A stretch of DNA of 64,000 nt from Utricularia gibba (taxonomy: Eukaryota > Plantae > Magnoliophyta), in the NCBI GenBank assembly GCA_002189035.1, contig NEEC01000002.1, positions 4,960,001 through 5,024,000 on the forward strand, in the 5' to 3' direction. Below, piece after piece: positions 40,561 through 53,800 of the stretch. Every line of letters starts with the position of its first letter. The first letter of the stretch is position 1. The notes under the pieces were generated by a model that saw only the letters and a program-made list of their open reading frames with translations, had not been told where the DNA came from and made no database searches. The translations under genes and the position numbers were made by a program.

Positions 40561-41789
40561 TATAGGGTATTGTTGTAATTATACTAGTTAGGTCAAAAGC
40601 AAACACTTGTATAAATACACATGAAATAGTGAAAACGAGTGTCTTTGGCCGTCCACAGTCCTCTTCATGTTTATACAATTGTTCTTATTCATATACTTTT
40701 GATAATCTCAACAGGCTCCTCCAACTCATAGCCAGCCACAGCTGATGTGACAAGCAGGCGCTGATGCTCTGAGAAATTTGAAGACAATGCGAAGTTAAGG
40801 CCCGAGGCGGAGTTTTAAGACAAAACGAAAAAGGCATCGAGCAAGGAAGCCAAGGTAGGAGGGTTGAAGCTGTTCCTGCGTGGGACTGGGAGGAAGCCAA
40901 TATGTATGACGGGAATCTGAGGGATCAAGGGTATTATTGGAATCTGACACACATGTTTCCGTGTAGTGTTTTTTAGCTGACAGGTTTGGGATAACTCGGG
41001 TGGGGTCGTCACAAAGTTGCCCAACCCGGCTGTGGACTCCCAGACGTCCAAACAAATGTGGCGCATTTTAAAAGAAATAATTATTTTAAAGCAAAATTAA
41101 GATAGGGCGAGGACCCAACCTGACCCTCATGAAACCAAGATGGATAACATTTTAAAATAATTAATTATTTTAATGAATATTAAGATAGGGAGAGTACCCT
41201 AGTTGACCCCATCTAGGTTCCGCTGCACACGGTTTCCATTTAGTTGGTTCACAACGCCATTTTCGCTACCTGACAAATAGATGAACTCTGACGCTTGTAG
41301 CTTGTATGTGGAACAAGATCAAAAATGCGAATGAAGCAGGACTGGAGATAGATAATGTGCACAAGGAGATGGTTGCTAAATTGCTGCTTTTATTACACTC
41401 CCAAAATCAACCATGAACACAAGAAAAGCACAAGCATGCATGCTGCTGGGAGTAGCCAGCCGCAGAACCGGCCTTTTGGATGACTTGTGGAAACCCAACT
41501 AGTATAGTATTAGCTGATGATCTCCTCCATTTCACCGCAGAGCTGGGCTGAGATGACATCTTTAGAATGATGCTGGTGTGTCCTCCTCCCTCCCCAATCC
41601 CCATGGTGATGCATACACCTTTTCCCATGGTGTGCTGACAACTCCCACAGATCAAAGCATTTGGTTATCTATCGTCCAGAATGGATACGCCGATCAAAAG
41701 AGCGTTGTAGCTTTCGCTGGCTTGCTCGATCTCACTGCCCTATGTTTTCCGATTCGATAGGTCCACCTCGATGCAAGGGGAGATTGTAT

Positions 41790-42560
41790 TTATAAATTTA
41801 ATTAAAAATATATTAAATAATAATTTAATATATATATATATATATAATACATACATATGTATTAACTATTTTTAATATATCAAATATTTTTTTTATAATT
41901 TTATTATTTCTCTCACATCAACTAAAGATATTTAGGAATAATAATAATAATAATAATAGATATTCAACTAATTTTAGGGAAAGATGAGGTATTTGGCCAA
42001 CCGCTTTTTTACAATGAGGTATTTTGTCAAATTTCCCCTGCACAATGGGCGATGGGTGTGGTCATGGACCGCAACAACGCAATAGTGATGACGGTCAATA
42101 GTAAATTTGTAATAAAAATTAATATTTCATTATGGATATCAATTTTGTCATTATGGAAAACAACAAAAATATATGGTTCCAATTTCATTTAAGAACCAAT
42201 TTTACCATATAATAAAACAGTGGGGATTAAATATGTATGATTTTTAAATGAGGGGAAGAATTATATTGATATAATCAATTATATTCAAATTATAAAATAT
42301 TAGAAGCTAAGTGCGTTTGATAGATCAAATTTGAAAAATTAAGTATGCTCAACATATCAAAATACAAAAATTAAAAACATTATTTTTAATTAAACATTGA
42401 AAACTAATCGTGTTATTTTTGGAAAATAATAGGGACTATTCTTCTTCATAACATCTATTCTACTATACTTTTGTATTTTACATTTAATTGCATCACTGAT
42501 TTTTCATTTATAATTCACTATAAAAATTATCAATTCATATATTATAAATTTATATCGATA
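41790..42560 (+). repeat. Non-autonomous AT-rich dispersed element, copy 2
   Basis: Colinear with 25150-25860. Confidence 0.75.
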
Positions 42561-43066
42561 TAATATTATTTTATTAATAAAAAGTGATGAATTTTTTGAT
42601 TATCATTATCATTATCCGGTTTCTTGCTACATTTCTCCCTAAACCGGATGCATATCCGTAGAGGTAAGTTGTTGAAGGCGGCTCCGGGATGCATCCCCCC
42701 GGTCCAACTTTAGTGGATACGATACGATGGAACTCAAACTGTTAAGGTTTCAAGTAGCGAGTAGGCTATCGGATGAGACATCTAACAGAGGAGTTGGTTA
42801 AGAAAATGGATGGCACTACTACAGATGAAGCATTTGGTTATCTATCGTCCAGAGTAGAATATAATTTACAGGGGCGTTGGGGCTGCAGGAGCGACAGATG
42901 AATGTGAAGATATGTACATCATCCGTCCCATTAAACACCACCAAAAAAATCAATAAACAGATGAAGCAACCAACCATACCTGCTCTGCTATGATGCTTCT
43001 TCTTCTGAAAGAAATGTGTGTTGTGCGCGTGCGTCTGTGTGTGTGTCTAGACAGGGTACCAGTCTG

Positions 43067-46000
43067 TTATTTCCAGACCTTGATGGCCCCATCTCTGCTG
43101 CTGGATATGAGCAGTCTCTGGTTCAACTTGACAGAAGCCAAGGAGAGTATAGAGTCATGGTGACAACCAGCAGAGTCTGTGGCTGCAGAAGCCAGAACTG
43201 CTTTTCTGGTCAGCCGACTAGCCACGGATCGTCTTTTTGATTCCTGTTCACAAAGTCAGGAGCGCACATATGAGTACAGGAGCGACCATTCTTCCCCACG
43301 TTGTCACATGTAGATGCCTCTTGTTTACTAGTAGTACACCAAACAATACATTTATAATCGTGACTTGCCAAGGCTTTTAAAGATCATAACGGCACAGATT
43401 TCGCAATAGTGAAAATCCATGTGGATTCATCTACATTGGAAGCTTGCAGAGAGGAGAATGGTGCCTGGTGCGTGAGGCACACCAGCCAAACAAGTGATGC
43501 AAGTCAGCAGATAAAAACGACTTTTATGGTGGAGGCGTGTTACCATTCTGATAAATCAATTAGTACCAAGGAGTTGTTGTCACATTACCTGAACAACTTG
43601 CACTCCAAAGCTGGATTTTGTTTCATAGAAGTCATCATTCGCAACTCCTTTGATGGATGGTCCGCATACACAGTAGCTTCGATCAGGGCTGTGAATGGAA
43701 GCCTTAGCATTATTTCTGAGTTGAAAATGAGACTGGTAAAAAAAGAAGAAAAACCAAATGATGGCTCATACCTGCAGTGATCCCACCTTCGTATTTTCAA
43801 GTCTGTACCACCTGTCAATAAATCTCCACCTGGTAGTGGAAGCAATGCACGGATTCCAGGAAGACGAGGGGGTGGTTCACTCAGCTCATCAACTCTGTAT
43901 TTCGAGTTCTTTTTTGAGTTTAGTTTAACGTTTGCCTTAGGCATCTCAGAGCATTCGGCATCACCTTCAGGGCTTGTGATCCTCAAGACCTAGAGTTGTA
44001 AGAGAGGTGAACTTTATTGGAAAAACAACAACAACAAGGAGTGCATTCTTCCTAGAAGTGGGATGCTGGATGAGACTCAGATGCATGCTGTGCCATTGCC
44101 GCCTTCTAATTTATTTTCATGTATTGAATTTGGAGCGTTTTCGGGCTGTCAAGTAAGATTGAAACCTTCCATGTGTTCTAAGCACCTCAAAAAGATCCCA
44201 AACTAACGTCATACTGCAGACCGATCTAAACAATTCTACAAGTGTGTGTGCTATTATCATAAAAACAAAAGGTGGCGAAACAAAATTAAAGAAAAGACAA
44301 TAAGGGTGTGAATACCTGGTGACAGCTTCCATTTTCTGCATTCCAAAGAGACACTTGGTTGCAACCAGCAGCAACATACACCAATGGCCTTGTAGTGACA
44401 GGCAAGGGAGGGCCAGAGGGAGGAACAAAAGGACACATCTTTTCAACAGGACCAGAGAAAGGGCATTGCCAGGAATTAACAGGAATACAGAATCTTAGAT
44501 CCCATAAAGAGAGTAAACCCCTTGAAGATCCAGAGACAAACCAATTACCACAAGGATCTACAACTAAAGATGACGCATATCCCTTCTCAGGAGAGACCTT
44601 TGTACACCATGCATTGGAGCTTGTCCTTGTATCCCATAGATGAATTCCACTGTTTTGCGTGCTATAAAGAATCATTTTGCATGCACTACCTTCTCCGCTA
44701 TAGTTCAAAAGGCTTAGGACTGCACCTTCATCAGAACAACTTTTTTTGACATCTGCAATACCAGAATAATTTTCAACAACGTTTCCCTGTCCTCTGGAGA
44801 TGTAATCAACAGAAAACAGATGAATACTCCCATCACTTGCTCCGACAACAACTTGAGTGATACCTTGCATCACAAGGACACACAGTGCTCTACACTTATC
44901 CAATGTATAGGTCAACCTAGATCTGAATGAAATATCCTTCTCCAACCTCTTACAATCCCATAGCTTTACAGACGAATCATCTGAGGCACTGACAAAAAAA
45001 TTCTGATCCATTGAGATGGAAATATCATTCACCGCACCTTTGTGCTCCTGAAGATGTGCAACCAACACCCCACGAGGCCTCCAACCAGAATCAGGAAGTG
45101 TAGATTGCCATGCTAATAATGGCAATCCTGTTGTATCCGCAGAAAATGATTGATCATCTTTTGTAGAACTCCCCTTATTCCCATCGGACACCCCCATCTC
45201 TAAAACTCGTTGAATTACATGATCTGTTTCATCATGTTCTCGGCCATCTAATTCACGAACAGCTCCCCTGAATTGTGTGGGGCTGTTATCAACAAAAATG
45301 GACCCAGAAACCAACTTAGCAGCTGAAAGCGAACTGCCTATATTGAGTGCTTTGTTTACTGGGTCTGTAAATGGTAGGGAGGAAGAACTGAGGCCGAAAG
45401 AACTATACGGTGAAGAAGAATCTAATGTAACTGTAGCAGCACCACCAGTTTGCCTGTCAACCTTGAAGTACAAAGGTATGCTTTCTGAGGATTTATCGAC
45501 AAAGCTGTTCATACAACTCATTTGAGGGGACATGAACCCAGACAACTGAGACTTTTCCGAGGTGACATTCTCATGATCTCCTTCCAGGGTTGATGCGCTG
45601 GGTGTTAAGATCCCTATTGACTTGAATTTACTTTCTGGGCTCTGAGAATTATTGATGCTAGCCTGCTCACATGCACTAGCATTAATGTTTTCATTTTTCC
45701 CTTCAGGCCAACACTTAATAGGATCTAATTCAGTGGCCGTTTTCTGTAATAAATCCATCCCTTCAAACTGTTTTGACTGCAATGAATTACTGTAGTGTCT
45801 TTCAAGCATACCTGGATTTTTGGCAGTTCGCAAAACTTCATCATATAGTTCCTTAGAAACAGGAGGCTTCAGGCAACCAAGAAGAGCTTTTTCTGAGGCC
45901 AAAGATGCTGGCTGTCCACGTAGAAATGGGCGTAATAATGGGACTAAAAATACATAAGAATCTACAGCACCTAGGCATTCGCTACTAGCTGCAATAAAAG

Positions 46001-49000
46001 CAACTGCTGACTTCCTCAACCACATTACAGGATGCCATAGCAAAGGGTAAGCATGTTCAATCATGCTAAGCAGGGTTCTCTTCCGCAGGAAGTTGCTTCT
46101 GCAAAGAATGGTCAAACAATCTAATGCATTGACAATCACAGATTCAATTGTATCATTTAGTGCCTGCTCGATGTAAGGCAAAAGATATTCCTCCACACTT
46201 CGATGGCCCACAAAAAAGCATACATAAATTATTTTCTCATAAAATACTGCACGAAGCTGCTCATCTTGATCATTAAGAAATGCTGGAAGGATCGGAAGCA
46301 AAAAATCATTGCTCTGCTTGTGTCCTAAAAACCAACAAAGGCTACCAATATCCTGCAAGAGTGCTCGTCTTACATTTGGTGTCTGCTTTTGACCCATTAC
46401 AAGTTCTTGAATGACCTCTGCAATCGCCTTTCGTAAATGTGCAAGTTGTACATCACCATTTAGCCTGAGTGACTCGGCAGACACATCTGTAGCAGATTTT
46501 GAAGGCTTCTGAAATGAATTTGCCTCATTAAGAACACCTAGCTCAGTTAAGTTCATTGAACGAACTAAGAATCCATAAGCTGTCAATGCCAATTTTGGTA
46601 TATTGCTGGCATAGCATATTCGGACACTCTCTTCTGGGTCATCAGGAAGCATGGAAAGCATGGGAAGAATATACTCAGGAAATATTTTGGCATCGCTGGG
46701 AGGAAAATCATGGACCAGAGTAAGAATGTCACACAACGTCTCTAAGGCAGCAGAACGAACAATGGCAGACTGATCTGAAAGAAGAGCTACAACATAGGGA
46801 AGGATGCGCTGAAGTCGATCATCATCACTGATATAAGTGGCACAGGATTTCAGAAGCAGAATGGCTGCTCTTCTTATGAAAGGGACCTTAACATTCCGTA
46901 TGCAAGAACATAAAAGTGATGCAATCAAAACCATACCCTCAGATTTCATAGTATCATTAGGTGGGGGCAAAAGGGGCATCCCATAATCATCAGACTGAAT
47001 ATTATAATCCATCTTTGACATGGTAAGATCAGCCAAAGAAGTTATCTTTTTCAAGAAAGGATGGTCGCCTTTTTGTGATAAACTAGAAACATTCTGAATC
47101 AGATCTTGGAAATACTGTTGCTTTGGATTCTTAAGATTTGCATCTCTGGTCACATCAATTTTGCAATTCTTTTCAGTTCTATCACCAGGATTTTCAAATG
47201 CTTCATTAGTTGAATCACTGCTGGCCGTGACACAGGAAGCATCAGCCTTCTGAGCTCTGACATCATGTGACTGCAAGTTTTTATGTGCATCATCAGAAAA
47301 AGTATCTACCTTTGAGATAATATCCTTGTTTAACTTATCAGACATCATCTTTTTGAGCATTTCTTGGAAAGAAGTACCACACGCAAGAACCTGCAGCAGC
47401 AACAAATTATAGCATCCAAAATGAAAAACGAGACATAACTGTAGGATATTTGAAGCTTCTCACCCTCGCATCAGAACTCAGAGGATTTAACAGTGCATAA
47501 AACTTATGGAGAAAAGGGGAGAAGTAACTGGGAAACACAAGATTTGCATAATGCTGTAGGTAGCTCTCAGCAGAAGATCTAGAGTCCGGTTCTAATTGAA
47601 CCATGTGGAGAACCATCTTGCGAATTCCCACATCTGGAATCTGCAGTTAAGCCATGGAGTCGTGCAGCATACTGAGAACTCATGTTCTTATGACAAAAAC
47701 TACACTACATGCATCGGACATAATGAGCATCTGTAGATAAATATCATAAAATTCAAAGAAGCAAATAGAACACAAGTGGCATACTTCAGATTCTCACAAG
47801 GAGAGTACCTTTTCAAGAAGTACACAAGGATCATACTGTCCTCTCCGATATGCAAGTAACTGAGAGAGTTCAAATAGTGGTTGGCCTTCAAGAAAAAGCT
47901 CACCAATCACACACCTACGAAATAAATTTGTAAAATTCAGGTGGCAGAAACAATACAAACTCAGGGCAACATGTCCCTTGAATTCTTAGAACTACGAGGG
48001 TCTTCGCTGATTTAAATGTCATCAATAAGTCTTCCTAATCTGTAGAACGCTTACCCCACTGAGAATATGTCCATAGATGGCTTCAACGGGGCATCTTGGG
48101 CGATTTGTATTTCACCTCCATTCTCATAAAACCTCTGTAAGAAGTCACGTTACACATGAAAGAACTCAAAAGAAATGGAAAAGTAAAGGGACCAAAAGAA
48201 ATAACCTCTGGTGCAACATAGCAACGTCTTCTTCCACCCGTATCAAAGAAGAATGAAAAATCAGAAGGATCATCATATGGGATGTAGGTCGGTTTAAAGG
48301 ATGCAAAATCAACAAGATATAGCCAGTTCCAGGATGTGACCAGCACATTCTCACACTTGACGTCACCTGAAATATTTGTGTAAATCCAAAGGATGAAAAA
48401 CATAAAGAGGGAAATTGAAAAATGAATTCTAGGCATCTCACCATGGCAGACTCCATGCTCATGGCTCTGTTTCACTGCATAAAGCAACTGTATGAACAAA
48501 CTACACGAGAATCAATTTCATTTCCTCTGTAATCCTAAACACCCAGGAGTAAAGATGATTTTAGCAAGACAAAGTAGTCATGGACCTGAAAAGCTAGCCA
48601 TTTCTTTTCAACAACAGTAAGGAAAGGTCGCGTGCTCAGCCTATCATGAAGATTGTTGAAAAAGAACTGCCGCACTAAATAAGCAGCCTTGTCTGTTTCG
48701 ATCCAGAACTGCAAAATGGCCCAAAGATGGAGACAATAAAGATGTTCAAAACTAGGAAACAATGTTACTGATCCAACACCCGGCCCCCAGTGAAAAAAGA
48801 TTAGATCTTGACGGTGAAACAGTCAAATGTGCATGTTGAGAACATAACTGAAAACCAGCCATTCAAAAGTGCATCAAAACTCCAACGACAAATACTGTAA
48901 AGGTTTGCTTATCCATTAAGCAGCGATCTTTTGTCAAGAAAATTATCAATTTTGACAGGAAGACAAGAAGGTTACGATGAAAAAGCTTAAAGCCACAATT

Positions 49001-49335
49001 TTGAGATAACAACTTCAAGAATTGAAGAATATCCCAACTGAAAGAGGATGATTTCAGTTAACCTGGAAAGGCCAAACATGGGGGTGATCAAGCTTGGAGA
49101 AAATATCGCGAATACGACCGAGACGACGCGCATATTCCCCCAAATCAATAGAGTCTCCACGCTTGAAGTAGACTTTAACGATCACCAAACCCTCGTCATG
49201 CTTGCAGAGGATTGATTTGAGAAACCGGTCCCTGCCCAGGACTTCTTTCAACACCAAGTTATACGAAGACGGCAAATCATGCAGATAATACTCCGTCGCC
49301 GACGCCTGCGTCGTCCGTGCGATCTTATTCCCCAT
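43067..49335 (-). CDS. VPS15: Serine/threonine kinase VPS15 / PI3K regulatory subunit 4 (kinase-HEAT-WD40, ~1511 aa; 11 exons: 49335-49063, 48708-48586, 48487-48442, 48366-48206, 48134-48055, 47914-47809, 47640-47464, 47390-44316, 43989-43772, 43688-43589, 43243-43067)
   Basis: [10 protein letters not shown] myristoylation start, [29 protein letters not shown] region, [17 protein letters not shown]40, C-terminal [11 protein letters not shown]. All introns GT-AG; exon sum 4536 nt is in frame. Confidence 0.95.
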
Positions 49336-50805
49336 TTGTACGTATTACCCTTCAAATCTAACTCCCTGATCCCTGAATACTTGGGGAGACAAGCAGCGAT
49401 TTTAGTTGTAGGAGATTTTGTATATGGAGTAGTTGCTTCCCTGAAGACTAACGGAACCAGCAGCTTAACCAGCAAGCCAGATTTTTATACCCATCTACGA
49501 AAGAGAATCGCAAAACGTTGATTTCATAACTGGCTCGTCATCCAGGTCACTACCATCCTTAGGGTCGGTTCGGATGAAAGGGGAATGGGCCAAGCACTCC
49601 CGGTACCGATCCCGATCCGTCGCCGTGTAACACCGCACCGGAAGAATCTGTGACTCAACCCCAGTAAATAGTTCAAGCTTAAATTTAATCCTAACTTTGT
49701 AATGACTTGTGTTTTTAAGAAAATATTTCAAAAACATTTTTATTCTCAAATAAAAATAATTTTATATTCGAATTTTTTTAAAAATTATACTTATCAAAAA
49801 AAAATTTGAATAAATAAAAACAAAAAATCTACCTATTTGAAAATAAATCAAATATAAATATATTATTTCAATTTATATTTATATAAAATTAGTTATATTA
49901 CAAATAAGAAAGATTTATATTAATTTCATAATTTTTGCATACAAATTTGTTTACCTAATCAATTGAGAGCAATGATATTTAAAACAAAAAATATTTTTTT
50001 TGAATTTGAATTTAAAATAAGTTTAATAAATAGATTTAGATATATTAAATAAATAAATAAAAATAAGCTAAACATGTTATTTTACTTAAAACTAATTATT
50101 TGAATAATTTAATTTAAAATTTGTTATCAAACATTTATATTAAATAAAATAATTTTCAAAATAAATCATAAATATCTATGCAACATAGTGAATGAACTAT
50201 CACAATTATTCTATTATTAATAAAGATATTTCAGTACTATTATTTATTTATTTATTTTATATTCTTATATTCCTTGACAATTTTCTTCTTTGGGAAGCCC
50301 TTGCTTTCTTGCTAGTTCTTTGTCATTGAGTAAAGGGATGCGGTTTTAGCTCTTAACAAGTTGGTGACTTTCTTTGCATTTATGAGCATATTTTCGCCTG
50401 AATCAGGAGCCAAAGCATTATTCTTTGGCTATCTGCTTCTTCATTTTGTAGGCGATTACTTTGATTTGGCTCACATTTATATGGTGCTATATATAAGTTT
50501 TCTTCATCTGATGATCCAATCAAGAGCCCCCAATGATTTTTGAACGTACATTGCTAGGGTTATGATCTACATCCATTTCAATGGATATTTTATATGTGAT
50601 AAAAGATGTCATTTTTGGATAGAAGCACATGGGATTCATGTGGAACGATTTTGTTCTCTACAGTTCAAAAATTTAGTAGTGAGAGATGTGTAGGATTCGT
50701 TACGATTATTGTCAGAGATCATTATCTTTGGTTTTCAAGGTTGATTAGGTTAACTTATTTGGTTTTCGTTATATTGCCTTCAGAGCTGAATTAAAGGATC
50801 TTGCA

Positions 50806-53800
50806 ATGGTTGAGGAGGTACCAAACGTAGGGAACCATGTCACTAAAGAAGATGTACATTGTAGACCTCTTGTAACTCATGCATGTATGATGTGCTCAGG
50901 ATCATGCACCTGAAGGTTCCATAAGTTGGGATATTTTATTTCACCACTCCCTTAGTTGTTGCTTATAAATACTCAAGTTTTGTTGATTTTTATTTGTTAG
51001 ACAATTCTTGTTTTATTATCAAGTTTTCTTTCCATTCTCGTGATGCCCTACATCGATCGGCTCAACTCAATCCCAAAGCATATTCCGATCCGTTAGAGCA
51101 CCACTCTTGAATTTGTTTATGGTACGATGAGCATGGAGTGAACGACTTGACAGGGATCAACATGGAAGGCAATCGTAGTATCATAGCAATCAATTCGCTC
51201 AATCTGCTAGCAGATTTGGACAAAGCTGATCCACTACACCTGAGTGGCTTTGATCACCCAAATGTTCGCGGGTGAACAATCTATTAACAACATGCAACTA
51301 TTTTGATTGGCATTGAGGTGTATGATTGGAGCTAGGAGCGAAGAACAAACTCGATATTGTATATGGAGATGTATCCAAGCCACCACTGAGTGATCCATCC
51401 TACAAACTTTGGGTTCAAAACAATTTCATGGTAACGTCTTGGCTATTAAATTCCATCTCTAAGGAATTGGTCTCTAGCTTTACTGGATGTGCAAGCACCT
51501 ATGATCTTTGGAATACTTTGGAGGCTTATTATAGCCAAACAAATAACAACATGCTCTATCAACTACAATTCGATCTGCACAATTTGAAATAGGGTGATAT
51601 GAGCATAGCTCAATATTTCACTAAGTTGAGTGCGCTCTTGAAGGATTTGGAAGCTATTTTTCCTTTGATTCGGTGTGGCCAATGCAATAGAGCGATTTGT
51701 GCTGATAAGATCTTCTCTCCCATGAAACTGACTTACTTTCTGATCGGCTTAGATAATAAATGTGATGCCATATGGAACCAAATCTTAGCTATGGATGATA
51801 ATATGTCTGTTTCCAAGGCTTATGCCACTTTACTCAATGTTGAACAGCAATTGAATAAGCGGTAGAATTACAGTGTCAGCATTCATGCTGACGCTGCAAT
51901 GCTAGCCAGGTTGCCACAAATGCAGAACACTAATGCACAAAGACGAGATACTCAGTATTGCGTAATTTGTAAGATGAATGGACACATGGTTGAGAACTGT
52001 TTCACCATAAAGGAGCCACCGCCTTGATGGAGGAAAAAATCTGGTAAAATCAATGATTCTTATCAGTGGTACCTCGGGCAATGTAACCATCAACAACAAT
52101 ATGCATCTGCTCAGCCCCACAGGCTTGAGGCACTGAGGCACTCCATTCACTCTACCAAGACAATCGGGAACCTCTGAGCCCTATAAACCTATGGATGAAT
52201 CCTCCCATTTGATTTCCCATGATCAACAATATTGCGTACATACTCCATGGATGAATCCTCTCATTTGATTTCCCATGATCATAACCCCACGTACTTTGAC
52301 TCTCTACAGCTCATTCAACGGGAACTTGGCAAGCTCCTAAGTGGGAGTACTCACACACCAGCACCTACCATAGACAACCAAATAGTAAATATAACTAAGC
52401 TGGAGTTCACAAGTATATATTCTGATTCATGCATGACAAATTACATTTCCACGAATTTTACGTGTAATACCTGGGAGTGGATATTGGATTCTGGTGCAAC
52501 AACGCACATTGGATACTTGAGTGCCTTTTTTGGCTCTCTACACCCTACTATCAACATCCAGGTTGAGTTGTCAAATGGACACTCTATGCCGGTGAATTCT
52601 ATGTTTTGGACTCTCTTGGTGAACCCCAACAAAATGCGTGGGGTTGAATGGAAGCAAAAACACTTGTTAGAAGTGACCTGCGCATTGATGTTCCAAGCAG
52701 GCTTGCCCAAGGAATTATGGGGTGAGGTTGTCCTCACTTCAATGTATATCATCAACCATCTGCCCTCCTCAGTGCTGGAATGGAAAACACCTTTTGAAAT
52801 TCTGATGAACAAGCTTCTTGATTTTGATCATTCGTGAGTATTTGGCTGTCTTGTGTATGCCGGTAATACAAACCGTAACCAGGACAAGCTGGCTCCTAGA
52901 GCACAAAAATTTATCTTCCTGAGGTACTTGATGGATCACAAGGGGTACAAGCTCCATGATTTGAACACCAAGGAGACCTTTATTTCACTTGATGTTAGGT
53001 TCTAGAAACATGTCTTTCCGTTAAAGGGAGATGCCACTGATTCGGATTGCATTGATGAACTGTTACCCTTGCTTTTCCTACTTGATGACTCTGATGATGA
53101 TATTTTTTCTAAGGATTACACATATGTTGAGGGCATTGACTTTCATGATATTTTTGCTCCTGTTGCAAAGGCAACTACCATCTGTATCCTCTTGTCACTT
53201 GCAACACAACATCGGTGGCATCTCCATCTGGTAGATGTCAATAACGCCTTCCTCCATGGGCACCTGGATGAAGAGATCTATAGGACCTCCCTTGAAGGCC
53301 TCTCGTGTCAGGTTGGAGATGTTTTCTTATTAAAAAAATCCTTATATAGCTTGAAGCAAGCCTCTTGTTAGTGGAATCTTGAGATAACAATGTTCTTACA
53401 AGAGCTGAATTTTTTTCAAGCACACTCTGACGTCTGTTTATTTGTCCACCATGGGACAAGGTCCTTTTTTGTGCTTCTAATCTATGTTGACGACATTATT
53501 CTCGTTGGGTCTTCCTTGGACGAGATCACTAACATCAAGCGAGCGTTGCATTCTAAGTTTACTATTAAGGATCTTCATGAGGTCACTTTCTTCTTGGGGA
53601 TCGAACTCTCTAAATCCCCAAATGGTTTATTCTTGTCTTAGCACCGCTATCTCAAGGATCTTTTAGCCAGCGTTGATTCCTCTATCCTTCATATGGTGCC
53701 CACGCCTATGTCTCGCACCTATTGCTTCTCGGATGAATTGTCTGATTTTACTATCTAGATGAACACCATGCTCTAATTGGGTGCTTGTTGTATCTTGGAT

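Larger units (their letters stand above)
37991..40713 (+). mobile_element. Young, internally deleted Ty1/Copia element (2723 bp, 166-bp LTRs)
   Basis: LTRs 37991-38156 and 40548-40713 differ at 1 base. TSD GGCTC, PBS TGGTGTCAGAAGTGGGAT at 38157, PPT TTGAGGGGTGG. Confidence 0.96.
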
